This document shows, piece by piece, positions 47,594 to 48,747 of a DNA stretch of 48,747 nucleotides. Below the pieces are notes generated by a model. It did not search any database, was not told where the DNA came from, and worked only from the letters and a program-made list of their open reading frames with translations. Origin of the DNA: a bacterium (lineage in GTDB: Bacteria > Sysuimicrobiota > Sysuimicrobiia > Sysuimicrobiales > Humicultoraceae); assembly GCA_030018905.1 (NCBI GenBank), contig JASEHJ010000002.1, forward strand, positions 1-48,747, given 5' to 3'. A program made the translations under genes and the position numbers. Every line of letters starts with the position of its first letter. Position 1 is the first letter of the stretch.

Positions 47594-48023
47594 CGTTCCT
47601 GGCCCGCTCCACGAGGGCGGGCAAGGCAGAGCGCACCGGTTCGGAGAGGTCCGCGCCAAGATAGACTTCGGGTGTGCGCTCCACCGCCACCACGCGGATC
47701 TCTTCCGGCATCTCCAGCCCCACGGCGACGCCTATGGCAAGGGCCTCGCCGTATCCCACGTAGTGCGCTGACGGGCTGCGGACCACCGAGGGCTCCAGCG
47801 AGAACTCGGATATCGTCCCCGGCTGGCCCCCGGTGGCCTGGCTGTCCACCACCAACACGCGCCGGGCGCCGACGACCTCGTCCAGCAGGGCCAGGCCCGA
47901 GCGCACGCCCGTCCGGACCGGCAGGCCGTCTTCCCGTAGGGCTTCTGCAACCAGCAGGCCTACCGCGTCGTCACCCAACAGATCGTTCCCGATGCCAAGG
48001 ATGAGAATGTCCTTGCCGCTCAT
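47571..48023 (-). CDS. Hydrogenase maturation protease (HyaD/HycI family)
   Basis: LILGIGNDLLGDDAVG; VVD; SAH. ATG 48023 overlaps the hydrogenase stop. Confidence 0.9.
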   Translation of the reverse strand: MSGKDILILGIGNDLLGDDAVGLLVAEALREDGLPVRTGVRSGLALLDEVVGARRVLVVDSQATGGQPGTISEFSLEPSVVRSPSAHYVGYGEALAIGVAVGLEMPEEIRVVAVERTPEVYLGADLSEPVRSALPALVERARNVIQEWLC

Positions 48024-48747
48024 CGCTTGATCTGACGCACGAGCTCTCCCGCGCTGTCGTAGACCGAGGCGACCAGCGGCATCTCCCCTGGCAGCGAGTG
48101 CGTGGCGCACCCGTGGCAGGGATCGTAGGCCCGGAAGGCCATCTCGACCATGTTGAGGAGGCCGTCGTCCACTTGGCCCTTGTGGATGACGCCCTTGGCG
48201 GCACTATCAACGGACATGGCGATACGCGCCGCGTTGTTCTGGGTGGCGACGATGAGGTTGGCCCGGGTGATGAGTCCTTGCTCATCGGTCTCGTAGTGGT
48301 GGATCAGCGTGCCCCGGGGGGCTTCCACGACGCCCACGCCGACCGAGGGCTGCTTGGTGGGCAGCACGCGCAGCGCGGTGCTCGTGATCTCAGGGTCATC
48401 GGTCAGTTCCACCAGGCGCTCGGCGGCGTAGAGCAGCTCTATCACCCGGGCCCAGTGGTTGGCCAGGGTGTGGTGCACCGGCTTGCCGCCCAGCGTGGCG
48501 TAGAACTCCTCGTAGGCCTGCTGCGCCAGGGGCGTTGCCATGCCGTCCGCCGCGTTCAGGCGCGCCAGGGGCGCCACAGCGTAGACGCCGCTTTCCGGGC
48601 CTTCGACGAAGCCCTTCCACCCGACCGGCTTCAGGTAGCAGAACTTTACATAGCTCCACGGCTCCACGTGCTCCGCGATGTAGTTTAGGTAGTCCCCGGG
48701 CTTGAACTTGGCGTACTCCACCCCGGACGGATCCACCACACGGATCA
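48020..48747 (-). CDS. mvhA: [NiFe]-hydrogenase large subunit, group 3 (MvhA-like), C-terminal part (5' truncated)
   Basis: VAPLARLN; HWARVIE; VEAPRGTLIHHY; ANLIVAT; RAYDPCHGCATH followed by a cleavable C-terminal extension. Confidence 0.85.
   Translation of the reverse strand, partial: IRVVDPSGVEYAKFKPGDYLNYIAEHVEPWSYVKFCYLKPVGWKGFVEGPESGVYAVAPLARLNAADGMATPLAQQAYEEFYATLGGKPVHHTLANHWARVIELLYAAERLVELTDDPEITSTALRVLPTKQPSVGVGVVEAPRGTLIHHYETDEQGLITRANLIVATQNNAARIAMSVDSAAKGVIHKGQVDDGLLNMVEMAFRAYDPCHGCATHSLPGEMPLVASVYDSAGELVRQIKR

Noticed and set aside
1-48747. CRISPR arrays, tRNA/rRNA, IS elements, integrases, riboswitches
   Set aside because: None recognisable by eye; intergenic space is minimal. 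A covariance-model search was not possible.

Overview
GC-rich bacterial window with two parts. (1) 1-5504: a cluster of exported c-type cytochrome genes: a partial membrane-anchored cytochrome, an ethylbenzene-dehydrogenase-gamma-like heme protein, penta-, tri- and octaheme proteins, and two paralogous monoheme proteins. (2) 5729-47593: a divergent, about 42 kb co-oriented run encoding a complete Wood-Ljungdahl pathway (cooC, acsA/cooS, acsB, acsC, acsV, cooC2, acsD, acsE, folC, fhs, fchA, folD, two metV, two metF, and an NuoEF-linked selenocysteine formate dehydrogenase with a SECIS). The run also carries two HdrA/MvhD/HdrBC sets, two signalling cassettes and a two-subunit class I fumarase. 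A convergent MvhA-like [NiFe]-hydrogenase and its maturation protease end the window. The most unusual element is a 1723-aa HdrL-type flavoprotein (HdrA-GltD-HdrA). Its N-terminus is a cNMP-binding plus His-phosphoacceptor (HisKA/DHp) module paralogous to the adjacent soluble histidine kinase, and two output-less receiver proteins lie between the metF paralogues. Together these suggest a phosphorelay wired directly onto the Hdr/MetFV step. All calls rest on motif recognition by eye; no searches were run.
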